64,000 bases of DNA from Octopus sinensis (taxonomy: Eukaryota). Below the pieces are notes generated by a model. That model saw only the letters and a list, made by a program, of their open reading frames with translations. It did not search any database and had not been told where the DNA came from. Positions 51,165-62,496 of the stretch are shown here, piece after piece (position 1 is the first letter of the stretch; every line of letters starts with the position of its first letter). Where the stretch lies: the NCBI RefSeq assembly GCF_006345805.1, contig NC_043016.1:14446001-14510000 (forward strand), in the 5' to 3' direction. Made by a program: the position numbers and the translations under genes.

Positions 51165-51610
51165 TTTTTCTCAGAACTGTCATCTGGAGTTCATTAATTT
51201 CTGTAAATAATTTTTATTTATTTACTTTTGTTATAAAGTGAAAGATGTATGTACACATATATGAAATGGATGTGTGTGTGTGTGTGTGTGTATGTAAAAG
51301 AGAGAGATGGAGAGTGAGTGAAGGGGTGTGTTGTCATGTATACGTAGATACATCAATACATGTGTGTACATCTTTTTTGTATGTACATATGCATTTGAGT
51401 GTGTGTGTGTGAGAGAGAGAGTGAGTGAGTGAACGAACGTATGTGTTCTCATGTATGTGTAAGTGGCTCTCTCTCTGCCTCTCTCTCACACACACATCCA
51501 TTTCATATACACGTTCATACATTTTTCACTTTAAAACAGGTAAATAAATAGAAATTTTTTTACAGAAATTAATGAACAAAACCAGCTGATCTGGATGACT
51601 GTTCTGAGAG
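51165..51610. repeat. Long imperfect inverted repeat (MITE-like) around a microsatellite core
   Basis: ctcagaactgtcatc...gttcattaatttctgtaaa...tgaaatggatgtgtg mirrored by cacacatccatttca...tttacagaaattaatgaac...gatgactgttctgag. Confidence 0.75.
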
Positions 51611-52147
51611 TCAAAGCGAAAGATTGTCCCAAGGGAATACCATTACAAAAAATTTTTCAAGTGCATTCAATGTATCTCAGGTCCAAAGATTTGGCTGCTA
51701 TTTCTAGCACGCCCTGCTACCATGTAACAGCTATTTGCGATAACGGACCTGAAATATCTGTTATGTGGTAGCAGGGTGTGCAAGAAATAGTAGCCAAATC
51801 TTTCCTTTTCTGCGGAAAGGAGCCGTTTACGCATGATTTCAATGTCACATTTGTTGAAAGCATGTGAAATAACTTGGAAAAGGAAAAAAACTCATGGAAC
51901 AAAATTCCTTTGCTGGGAAACTCAGACTTTCCAGGTGACCAAACAGGTCATGGTAATCTAGTAGAAAATATAAAAAGCAACTTTCCGTAGGCGCTGAAGT
52001 GGCCGTGTGGTAAGTAGCTTGCTTACCAACCACATGGTTCAGGGTTCAGTCCCACTGCGTGGTACCTTAGGCAAGTGTCTTCTACTATAGCCTCAGGCTG
52101 ACCAAAGCCTTGTGAGTGGATTTGGTAGACAGAAACTGAAAGAAGTC

Positions 52148-52290
<143 letters not shown>

Positions 52291-53559
52291 GTTTGTGTAT
52301 CTGTGTTTGTCTTCCCAACATTGCTTGACAACTGATGCCGGTGTGTTTACGTCCCTGTCACTTAGCGGTTCGGCAAAAGAGACCGATAGAATAAGTACTA
52401 GGCTTACAAAGAATAAGTCCTTGGGTCGATTTTCTCGACTAAAGGTGGTGCCCCAGCATGGCCACAGTCAAATGACTGAAACAAGTAAAAGAGTATGGAA
52501 GTATGGTAAATAGAAAAAAAAAATGTTTTATATTTCATGGTAGGCAGGCAGGGTTGCCAGGTTTGCAAATAAAATACAAGAGTTAAGGAATGGAGCAGAT
52601 AAGATCTGAGCTACATTTGTTTTATAGTGAGTGGAACCCTGGAAGTGGTAAATATTCAAGTGAGGTATATACTGCAGGATACTCTTCAGGCCAAGGGTAT
52701 GAAGTTTACCCTGTTGCAAGGAGATACATGTCAACACACAAATGATTCCTTCTAGAATGTGTAGAGAATATGGTTAGAATGAATAATGTATTGTGAAGAG
52801 AAAATTAGGAGTGTAAGAGAGAAAGGAATATAGAAAAGACAAAAAGGATAAAAAAATAAGGGAGTGGAAGAGTTGTAAAGAATTTAAGCAAGGTCATTCT
52901 ACAAGTGGTTTCAATAGGGTCATTTAGAGATATGCTAGGGGATTGGTATCAGGCAGAAACATTAGCACGCCTGGCGGTATTTCATCTGCCCGCCGAGGTC
53001 GACTTTGCCTTTCATCCTTTCGGGGTCGATAAATTAAGTACCAGTTATGCACTGGGGTCGATGTAATCGACTTAATCCGTTTGTCTATCCTTGTTTAGCC
53101 CCTTGTGGGTTGTAAAGAAATAGGTATTAGAAAAGATAATGTGGAGGGAAGAGGTTGGGGGAACCATTTGTGGTCTAGAAGGAGAAAACTGCTTGAAGTG
53201 ATGGTGTAGTAGTCTAAAAAATGTGGAAGAATACTACTATATAGGAATTAAGGTGTGTATAATGTGTGTGAGTGTGCTGTATGAAATAGTAGAGGTGTAT
53301 GTAGGGCAAGTAGTAGAGGCGTATGTACTTGTAAGTATACAAAAGTAGGATAGGAAATGGTGTAGGGGCAGGCAGAAAAGAGAAATTAAATGGTATGAAT
53401 AATAAGGAAAGATAAAGATAGATATAAACAAGAAATAAGGGGTTATTGTGAATATAATGGGAATATATTGGTGATTTAATATTTAGTGGTTGTGAGGGTA
53501 AATGAAAGGGAATGTCTATGATAACAGTGGGGGCAGGTTAGGAAATGATGCAGCGGAGG

Positions 53560-55190
53560 AGTTGTTATTTGTATTTTGAGAATAGATTACGTTATTGATG
53601 TTTGCATGTATCAATTACTCTGTCATGTTCATTAAATCAATCCGTGGATTGCATAATATTGCAGAGATCACACTTTTTATTATAGCCAGAGTATGGTTTA
53701 GTATGGGTGACTATGGACTGCTTAAGAGTATAAGAAATTGATTTGCTCTTGAGTTTATCGATAAGCTGAGATAAAGAAGTACTGTTGGATTTTGTTTGGG
53801 ACTTGAAGCTGGAGTAGTGGTTGCCCACTCTTGCTTTGAAGGTGGTGCTGCATGAACTGATATATATGTAGTTATGGTTGGCAGCTGATACTGTACACTT
53901 GTAAATGTTGTTTTTAGTAAGACAGCAATTATCTAAAGGGCAGGAGGTTGGGCGCTTGAAGCTGCATAGGTTCATAGGTGGTGTTCTGGCTGAATTTGTG
54001 AGGTAATTGTTATTTAGTGAAGGACCAGTGTTAGGTTCATTATTAATGGTGGCGTTAAAATTGGTATTTATTAGGTGGTTGAGGGAGGCATTGAAGGGTT
54101 GTGTATTATGATAGTTTCCATGTCTGATGGTACGGTCTGTATTATTCTTTATTTTTTCATGAGGTATAGTTGAGTCTTGAGGTAAGTTTAGGGATCAGGT
54201 GTTACTAGTGGAATCATAGTAGGAGGTTTAAGGGTTAATGTTGGTAAGGGGATTGATTGTTGTTCTGGGTTTATATGTATGGAGCTGGGGGTTAGGTTGA
54301 GTTTTGTTATTAGGGTGGAGTTTAGCTGGTTGTGAGTTTCTGAGTTTCTTCCGCATAGCCCCTGCCCATTCAAAGTACCTTGGATCCCAGAACATCTCGC
54401 TGTGCTTGAGGAGACCTGTTGAGTCAAGTGCATGTACATGAACATCGAAACAAATATCAATGGAAATAGTTGTGATACCTGTGCCAGTGGCACATAAAAA
54501 GCACCATCCGAACGTGGCCGTTGCCAGCGCCGCCTCGACTGGCTTCTGTGCCGGTGGCACATAAAAAGCACCATCCGAACGTGGCCGATGCCAGCCCTGC
54601 CTTGGTTGGCTTCCGTGCCGGTGGCACGTTAAAAGCACCAACCAATCATGGCCGATGCCAGACTCCCCTGGCACGTAAAAAGCACCCACTACACTTGTGG
54701 AGTGGTTGGCGTTAGGAAGGGCATCCAGCTGTAGAAACACTGCCAGATCAGACTGGAGCCTGGTGCAGCCTCCTGGCTTCCCAGACCCCGGTTGAACTGT
54801 CCAACCTGTGCTAGCGCGGAAAATGGACGTTAAACGATGATGATGATGTCGGATTACTCTGGCATTGTTGGTGGTAGTGAAGTTAGACAATTTTATAGGT
54901 TGGGATTTACGTATTTTTCAAAGGGAGTTGGATTTAGGGAGGTGTCTTTTGAGTAGGCGGAAGAAGAGTTTAGATACTCAAGTTTGAACATCGGGGGTGG
55001 GGGGTGGAATCAGATACCATTGCGGATGTTCTTGTTTGTTTAGTCCAATTAGGCGGGAGGGGGTTATTGGTGTGAGGATAGGGCTTTGGAGGAGCAGGCT
55101 GGTGTCAATTTTGGGTTGCAATGTGTTTAGGATTTGGAATCATCAGGTGGGAGGATTGTCTGTTAGGTTCCCTGCTACACTGAAATTTGA
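53560..55190 (-). mobile_element. Decayed Penelope-like retroelement (RT thumb + GIY-YIG endonuclease, Naiad-like by my reading)
   Basis: CPLDNCCLTKNNIYKCTV...YIYISS..TTFKARVGNHYSSF...STSLS...CDLC at 53637-53975. Upstream RNGI*FHPP and KLFFRLLKRHLPKSNSLEKYVN..KLS at 54880-55030. Confidence 0.8.
54345..54848 (+). mobile_element. RTE 3'-end fragment inserted into the Penelope-like relic
   Basis: Same 3'UTR repeats and gat tail as 47690-48280. Confidence 0.88.
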
Positions 55191-55199
55191 AGCCCAGTG

Positions 55200-55232
<33 letters not shown>

Positions 55233-55570
55233 GTGTGTCTGTGCTTGTTCCCCCACATCACTTGGCAACTGATGCTGGTGTGTTTACATCAGTTCAGCAA
55301 AAGACCGATAGAATAAGTGCTAAACTTACAAAGAATAAATCTTGAGGTTGATTTGCTTGATTAAAGATATATAATATATCTATATTTATCTGTCTATCTA
55401 TTTATCTATATATATATCTGTTAGGTATGGTAGATGAGTTCGGCAAAAATTTAGATTCAGATGAATATGGTACATAAATTGAGGCACCAGAATTTAGTAC
55501 GGTATTATCCCAACAATTTCAAAATAAGGTGATTAAAATCAAAATAAGCAACAAGGATATCCAGAAGTAA

Positions 55571-55662
55571 TGCAGTACGATCGTTTCATGCAACTCCATT
55601 TAATTGAACAATGCAATCATTTCATTACATCAATTTAAAATGTAGAGCAATCTTCAGTTGCA
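55571..55662 (-). ncRNA. Type-I hammerhead ribozyme-like motif with long stem II
   Basis: TGCAA-CTGAAGA-TTGC...GCAT-GAAAC-GATC-GTA-CTGCA: intact core, palindromic stem III, GUA cleavage triplet; decayed relative at 45526-45611 (+). Confidence 0.7.
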
Positions 55663-55737
55663 CAAAGACATAGAATTCTATGTCTTTGCGCAGCTGAAGA
55701 TTGCTCTTCATTTTAAATTGATGTAACGATTGCATTG

Positions 55738-56970
55738 TGACACCAGTACAGGGTGCTTTTTATGTAAAACCAGAATAGTATGTTTTTTGTGTTGAACCAG
55801 GGCAGGATATTTTTTACGTGGCACCAGCTCAGAGCGCTTGTTATGTGACAGCAAGACAGGGTACTATTTATCTGACACCAGCACAACGTGTATTTTTACA
55901 TGACATCCAGCACAGGGTGCTTTTTATGTGACACCAAGGGAGGGTGCTTTTCATGTAGCATGATAAGAGAATGCTTTCTATGTGGGACCATCACAAGGTA
56001 CTTTTTATGTGACACTAGGACTATGCTTTTTATCAGATGGTGTGCTTTTTATGTGGCATCAGCATGGTGTTTCTCATTTGATACCTGCACAGAGTGCTTT
56101 TTACATGATACCAGAATATGGTGCCTTTTATCTGAAACCAGATCAGGGGGATTTTTATTTGGGACCAGGATAAGGTACTTTTTATGTGACAGCAGGACAG
56201 GGTGCTTTCTATGTTGCACCAGCACAGGGTGCTTCTCATGTGGTACTGACACAGGATGCTTTTTACATGGCATCAGGATGGTGCTTTTTTTCATGGCACT
56301 AACATGGGTGCTTTTCATATGACACCAGGGTAAGGTGCTTTTTATGTTAAACCAGCTCAGAGTGCTTTTTATGTGGTCCTAGGACAGGGTATTTTTTCAT
56401 GTGGAACCAGGACAGGATACTTTTTATGTGACACCAGCATGGAGTTTTTATGTGACACGATAACAGTGCTTTTTGTGTGGCCCCAGGACAGGGTGCTCTT
56501 TATGTGGAACTTGAATGGATGGAATGCTTTTTACGTGACATCAGCACAAGATGTTTTTTATGTAGCACCAGAACTGGTTGCTTTTTATGTGACATCAGCA
56601 CTGTTTTTTGCGTGACACCAGCACAAGATGCTTGGCATCAGCACAAGGTGCTTTTTACATGGCACTAGCATGGGTGCATCTTATGTGACAGCAGCAAAGG
56701 GTGCATTTTATGTGGGCCCAGGACAGGGTGCTTTGTACATAGAACCAGCACAAGGTGCTTTTTATGTAGCACTATGACAAAATGTTTTTTACATGGCACT
56801 AGCAAGGGTGCTTTTTATGTAGCACCAAGACAAGGTGCTACATGGTGCCAGGACAGGACACTTTCTTTTGTGACAGCAGCTCAAGGTGCTTTTTATGTGA
56901 CACCAGCGTAGATGTGTTTGTTTTCTGTGTGCTAACAATACAGGTGTTTTTTTACATGGCATCAGTGCCC
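55738..56970. repeat. Degenerate minisatellite, ~27-bp unit (consensus approx. GGGTGCTTTTTATGTGACACCAGCACA), roughly 45 copies
   Basis: Unit repeats directly with substitutions; its core is the reverse complement of the RTE 3'UTR motif GGCACATAAAAAGCACC. Confidence 0.9.
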
Positions 56971-58620
56971 ATGTGTTTGCAAGACAAGGATCTCTCAGCT
57001 AAGAGAGGGAGTGGAACCAAGAGATTAGAATATAATAGAAGGACAGAGGTAGCCCTCTTGCCATTGAGGAGATACTTGGCTACCTCAGTGGGACAAGGAA
57101 GGATAAGAAGGTGGGAGAGAGATAGAGAGACAATTGAAGTGAGAGAGAGAGAGAGGGCCTGCCTACAGAGGACAGTGGGTGTAGTTCTATAGGAGTGTGA
57201 TGGAAGATGTTTAGAGACAGCAGAGAGAGCTAGCAATGTTAAGAGGGATTGGAGTGGCTGTAGAGATAGCAAGTGATGGTGAGAGGAATTAAATGTGGCT
57301 GGGAGTGGATATGGTAGGATACTTTTTATGTGGGCATGGAATGTGTGCGGAGAGCACATGGGGGAGAATAGTGGATAGCACGGCTGTGGGGAAGATGGGT
57401 TGTGAGAGAGTTTAATTGAGGATAAATTTGTATGTGACCATAAAGGATATGCTTATATGTGTGGATGGCCATGATTTTTCTTAGCTTCACATGTATCCTT
57501 AAGCACAGCAAACCGCCAAAAGTCTTGGTCCCTTGTCTCTTCAGTGAGGCTTAACATGTGAAGATTATTTCTCGTCGCTTTGTCCCATGTCTTCTTGGGG
57601 CTACCCCTTTCACAGGTTCCCTCAACAATTAGAGATTGGCACTTCTTTATGCAGCTGTCCTCATCCATACACATCTCATGACCAGTCTTCTCTCTTGCAC
57701 ACACCATCTGAGGCCTCTTATACCCAATTTTCCCTTTAAATCATTTACACTCTGCATCACATGCACACTGGTATTACCCGTCCAGTAGAGCATATTGGCT
57801 TTATTTTTTTTCGCATATCTTCAGTAGTTACAGCCTATGTCTCACTGCCATGTAGCATTACTGTACATAACCAGGCATCATACAATCTGCCCTTCAATCT
57901 GAGGTAGAGGCTCTTTGTTACCAACAAATGTAGCAGCTCTCTGAACTTTGCCCAGCCTGTTCTTATTCTAACAACTATGCTTTCAGAACTTCCTCCTCCA
58001 CTGCTGACTTGGTCACCTACGTAATGGCAGCTAACTACTACTTCTAATGTGGAGGTGCAATGGCCCAGTGATTAGGGCAGCAGACTCATGGTCATAGGAT
58101 CGTGGTTTTGATTCCCAGACCAGGCATTGTGAATGTTTATTGAGCAAAAACACCTAAAGCTCCACGAGGCTCCAGCAGGGGGTGGTGGTGAACCTTGCTG
58201 TATTCTTTTATCACAACTTTCTCTCACTCTTTCTTCCTGTTTCTGTTGTACCTGTATTTCAAAGGGCCAGCCTTGTCACACTCTGTGTCACGCTGAATCC
58301 CCCCGAGAACTACGTTAAGGGTACACATGTCTGTGGAGTTCTCAGCCACTTGGATGTTAATTTTACAAGCAAGCTGTTCTGTTGATTGGATCAACTGAAA
58401 CCTTCATCATCATAACCGACGGAGTACCACTACTTTTAAGGATTCTCCTGGGATTTAAGGAAATTATTTCTCTGTACATTCATACAGTTTATTGTACCTG
58501 CACATCTGCCACACGCAAAAACTTCTTTCTTTATCTTGCTCTGATACCACAGCAGAAGGCCAACTCTCTTCCTAATTAATTGAACTCTGTAATTTTCATG
58601 TTCTGGTCCACCAACTTGAT
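55740..58620 (-). mobile_element. Decayed RTE LINE with expanded 3'UTR repeat array; SINE inserted at ~58050-58430
   Basis: RT C-terminus MDEDSCIKKCQSLIVEGTCERGSPKKTWD at 57453-57707; the downstream (leftward) UTR runs into the tandem array. Confidence 0.8.
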
Positions 58621-59889
58621 ACCTCTGCATTTATTTCTGTCTAAGGCATCACTTTTACCTTGACTATGGTATTGCTACATCAGTCATTGGGTATGACTCC
58701 CTCCTGTACAACCTGATTAACTATCCAGGTGACTTAACCATATCTCACTCTGTCAGATATTTTAAGCATCTCAGTGGTGACCTCTGAAGAGTGAGGGGGC
58801 TTTCCCTGTCCTCATATTCTTAATTGCTTTATCTACTAAACTACTGTTTATTTGGATTGATGGTCCTCCCGATGAAAGAAAGTTATTTTATTCCACACAG
58901 AGGGGAGAGAGAACAGTGGCTGAAGGCAGAGAAAGGGGGCTGAATGGTTGAAATAATGTGGGTAGGGATGTGATATTCTTGCAGGTGAGCACAGGGGTGG
59001 GGTAGGGAGGAATGCTTGATATGTCAGGGAGAGGGGAGGATTGACATGATCTCACATGTTCAGGCATGTCTGAGTGGTTTATAGAATATCATTTTTGCTG
59101 TGACGAACCAGAAGACCTTTGTCATCTCTGCTATAAGGCTTCACATGCCTTTTGTGTTTAGGGCCCCTGTGGTTTCAGTACCATGGAATCTGCCTTTCAC
59201 TTGGAGTTAGAGAGAGTGAGAGACCTTTTGTTGCCAACAGAAGCAATAACCCTCAGAACTTTCTCCATTCTGTTCTTATTCTAGTGTAGCAGTGATTCAA
59301 AACCTAACTGCTAGATACTCAATCAGGCATTGTAAGTGAATCAACATAGTTTCACACAACTGGTCAATAAATTGACCGATTTGTGTGAGACTCTTAATTG
59401 TTCTAGAATAAAACATCTTGTTCCCTATAAAAACTGTTTTGATACTTTAACTTATTACATAGTGTTGAAGGCTGTTGGCTGATTCACATGCCTCCACTCT
59501 TGCTATGTAGATGGTTTCAAACATTTATGCAGACAACTCCAGATTGTTAGACAGACCTGTTCTGAATGTTCATACAATGTCTCATAAGTTGTTTCTTCAG
59601 ACACAGTGCCGTTTCTCTCTCTCATTGTCTGCAAATTTTTATGTTGTTCACTGTATAACAGTGAGTTACCACTTTTATAAGGGTGATATTATCTTATTTA
59701 TATGGTTTCGACTTGGAAGAGATAATAAATACAGATGGTTATAGAGTGGGAATCTATAGTGATAAACACATTACTTATAACTTAATTATAAGTATTATCA
59801 CAATACATAAATCTTAACTCAGGCTGCATAAATGCCGTGATGAATTATACGCACCAAGATGCTGAATGTCCAGCCAAGCAATAGAAATT

Positions 59890-60074
59890 TCTATTGGGTC
59901 TGCGTTGAAACATGAGGCCTAGCATTGTTCTGAAGGATGATGACACTCTTCTGATTGGTCAGTTCTGGACATTTTTCATCAATTGCTTCCTTTAACCGAG
60001 AAGAATAATTGTCTGAATTCAATTTCTGATTTTTGTGGAAGCTGCTTGTAATACACAATGATCTTCCACTCTCA

Positions 60075-60108
<34 letters not shown>

Positions 60109-60590
60109 GCGCGCAGAGCATCACCTTCTGCAGATACTGACCTGCTTTTGATGTGATTTAAAACTTATTCATTTTGTTTCCTTCAGGAACTTTTTAACTC
60201 CACATTGTTGTAAATAATCCATCTTTTACCACTTGATATTATTCTCTTCAAAAATGGATTTTTTTTTGTGTTAGAACAGAGAACCTCAAATGGAAATGCT
60301 GTCTATTAAATTTTTTTGTTAAACTATGAGGTACCTAAACATCAAAGCAATTCATGTATCCAATGCCTTATGAGATATGAGATATGTGGAACATCTCTGT
60401 GATTCGATTTGGTCATCACCCATAACTGTAGGCCTGCTGGAACACTCAGTCTTCCAGATCAAAATCTTCACCCCTAAACCTAGTGGACCACTTACAAGCA
60501 ATTCTCTCAGCTGTAATGCCATCTTCATAAACTGCACATATCTTACTTGCTGTTTGAACAGTGTTGTTTCCTTTCATCTTCCATTTCCAC
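59890..60590 (-). mobile_element. Decayed mariner transposase
   Basis: LQNNARPHVS motif and KW..RF...DFDLED...RP-like segment, interrupted by a (CA)n microsatellite. Confidence 0.75.
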
Positions 60591-61391
60591 TTTTAATGGT
60601 AAAAACAGTAGAAATGAACTGTCCACACAATAATCATACAGGAAGACCTGTTGAAATATCATTTTTCACAAAGTATAAATGTCTTATACCTCTGTACTTT
60701 TCATTGTTCAATACTCCAGGTTGTTCTGTACTTCATTGTTCTGTACTTTATTGTTCTGTACTGTAGGTTGATTCCCTCTGTGTCAATAATTTCCACAACA
60801 AACGGAAATATTTTACAGTGTAGTGTCTTTTTCATCAAAAACCCATTCTCTTCATTCAAATAATCAAAATACATTTGCATGATATATATATGAAGAGAGA
60901 TTCTTCTCAAGCATGACATATTGTCAAAGATCTTGGGTCATATATTAACTCTGTGAGGCCCAATGTTCAAAGGGTGCTTTTTAGGTGCCAGTTATGCAAT
61001 ACCAGCATTAGCCACAACTAAGATTTCACTTGGCCTGACGAGTCTTATCAAGCACAGCAAATCACCAAAGGTCTCTGCCACTTGTCATCATCTGTGTATA
61101 GCCCAACATTCAAAGATCATGCTCCACCACCTTGTTCCATGTCTTTCTGGGTCTACCACTTCCACACAGGTTTCCTCCACAATTAAAGATTGGCACTTTT
61201 TTTACACAGCTGTCCTTGACTTTGAATATATATAACTATGTTAAATTCTCTGTTATACTTTATCGAAACAATACTTTATTTCAAAGAGGCTAACCTGATT
61301 CTTTTCACTGTACAGTTAGAGAATATCATCTTTACAGTTAAAGGAATATTATAAAAATTTTAGGTAATATGGATCCTTTCTTTTATTGCAG

Positions 61392-61564
61392 GCGGGAACC
61401 AGCGTCGCTGATTGAACCTCCAAATTCTAGAACAGATATGCAAAAATACGAAGAAGAACTTAGGAAAATCCAACCAAAAGCTGTTCGCCACTTATTTCTT
61501 ATACGACATGGCCAATATCTTACGAGACAAACTGAAGACTATTTAAATATTTTAACACCTTTAG
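61392..61564 (+). CDS. PGAM5: PGAM5 coding exon 2
   Basis: TGCAG acceptor in phase 2 gives WDRREPASLI...PKAVRHLFLIRHGQY...LTPLG (histidine-phosphatase RHG motif); G|GTTGGT donor; gene continues beyond window. Confidence 0.95.
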
Positions 61565-62382
61565 GTTGGTATCTACTTTTGTTGGTAGTATTTAGTAAGG
61601 GTTTTATGTCCTTTAAAGCATAAGAGAGAAAGAGAGTGAGAGAGATAATGAGTTCTGATTAGTGTGGTTAATTGGTCAGTGTGCAGTTTCAACTTTTGAA
61701 GGGTAACTGGCACTCCATTGGTTACGACGACGACGAGGGTTGCAGTGGATTTGATCAGCGGAACAATCTTCTTGTGAAATTAACATGGAGGTAGCTGAGT
61801 ACTCCATTGGCACCCTTAACACAATTCTCAGGGAGATTAAGCATGACACAGAGTGTGACTAGGCTGGTCCTTTGGAATACGGATGCTACTCACTTTTGCC
61901 AGCTCAATGGACTGCAGCAAAGTGAAATAAAGTGTCTTGCTCAAGGACACAATGTGTCACCAGGAATTGAACTTGCGACCTTTATTATCAATGCCCTAAC
62001 CACTAAGCTACGTGCCTTCTCTGAAAATTAACAATCGACCGCTGATCTATCAACTCTTTCCTGTTCATGCATGTCTTCCCTATCTATATCTTCACCAAAA
62101 CAGTCACTATTTCCATCTATCCTTCCCTCCCCACCCACTGAACATACCATAATACACTGACACCCTACATACACAGCCACATAATTCAAAATTAAATTCT
62201 TGTGGAGATAGGCATGTTTAAATGGGACATGCTTTTGATAGATCTTGATTACCTCTGCAAACATATGTATGTGTAAATTATATATATATATAGTTAATCC
62301 AAACAAGAAAGCACAAAAAAGCACAACAACGCGAGGACGTGGAACAAATATAGTATTATTGGATGCTCAGGAAAGAAGGAGG

Positions 62383-62417
62383 GTTTAACGTTTCGAGCGG
62401 AGCTCTTCGTCGGAAAC
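62383..62417 (-). ncRNA. Very small hammerhead ribozyme-like motif
   Basis: GTTT-CCGACGA-A-GAGC(tcc)GCTC-GAAAC-GTT-AAAC. Confidence 0.55.
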
Positions 62418-62496
62418 ATAGGAGAAGGAAAGATCCAGAGAAGGGAAGACAGAGGAAAAAAATCGCCAACGGTACACACGCGGTCACAATATATAT

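Noticed and set aside
55738-56970. CRISPR-like array (conserved core with variable intervening bases)
   Set aside because: Units are ~27 bp in total, the variable parts are related to one another, there are no cas genes, the context is eukaryotic, and the core derives from a LINE 3'UTR.
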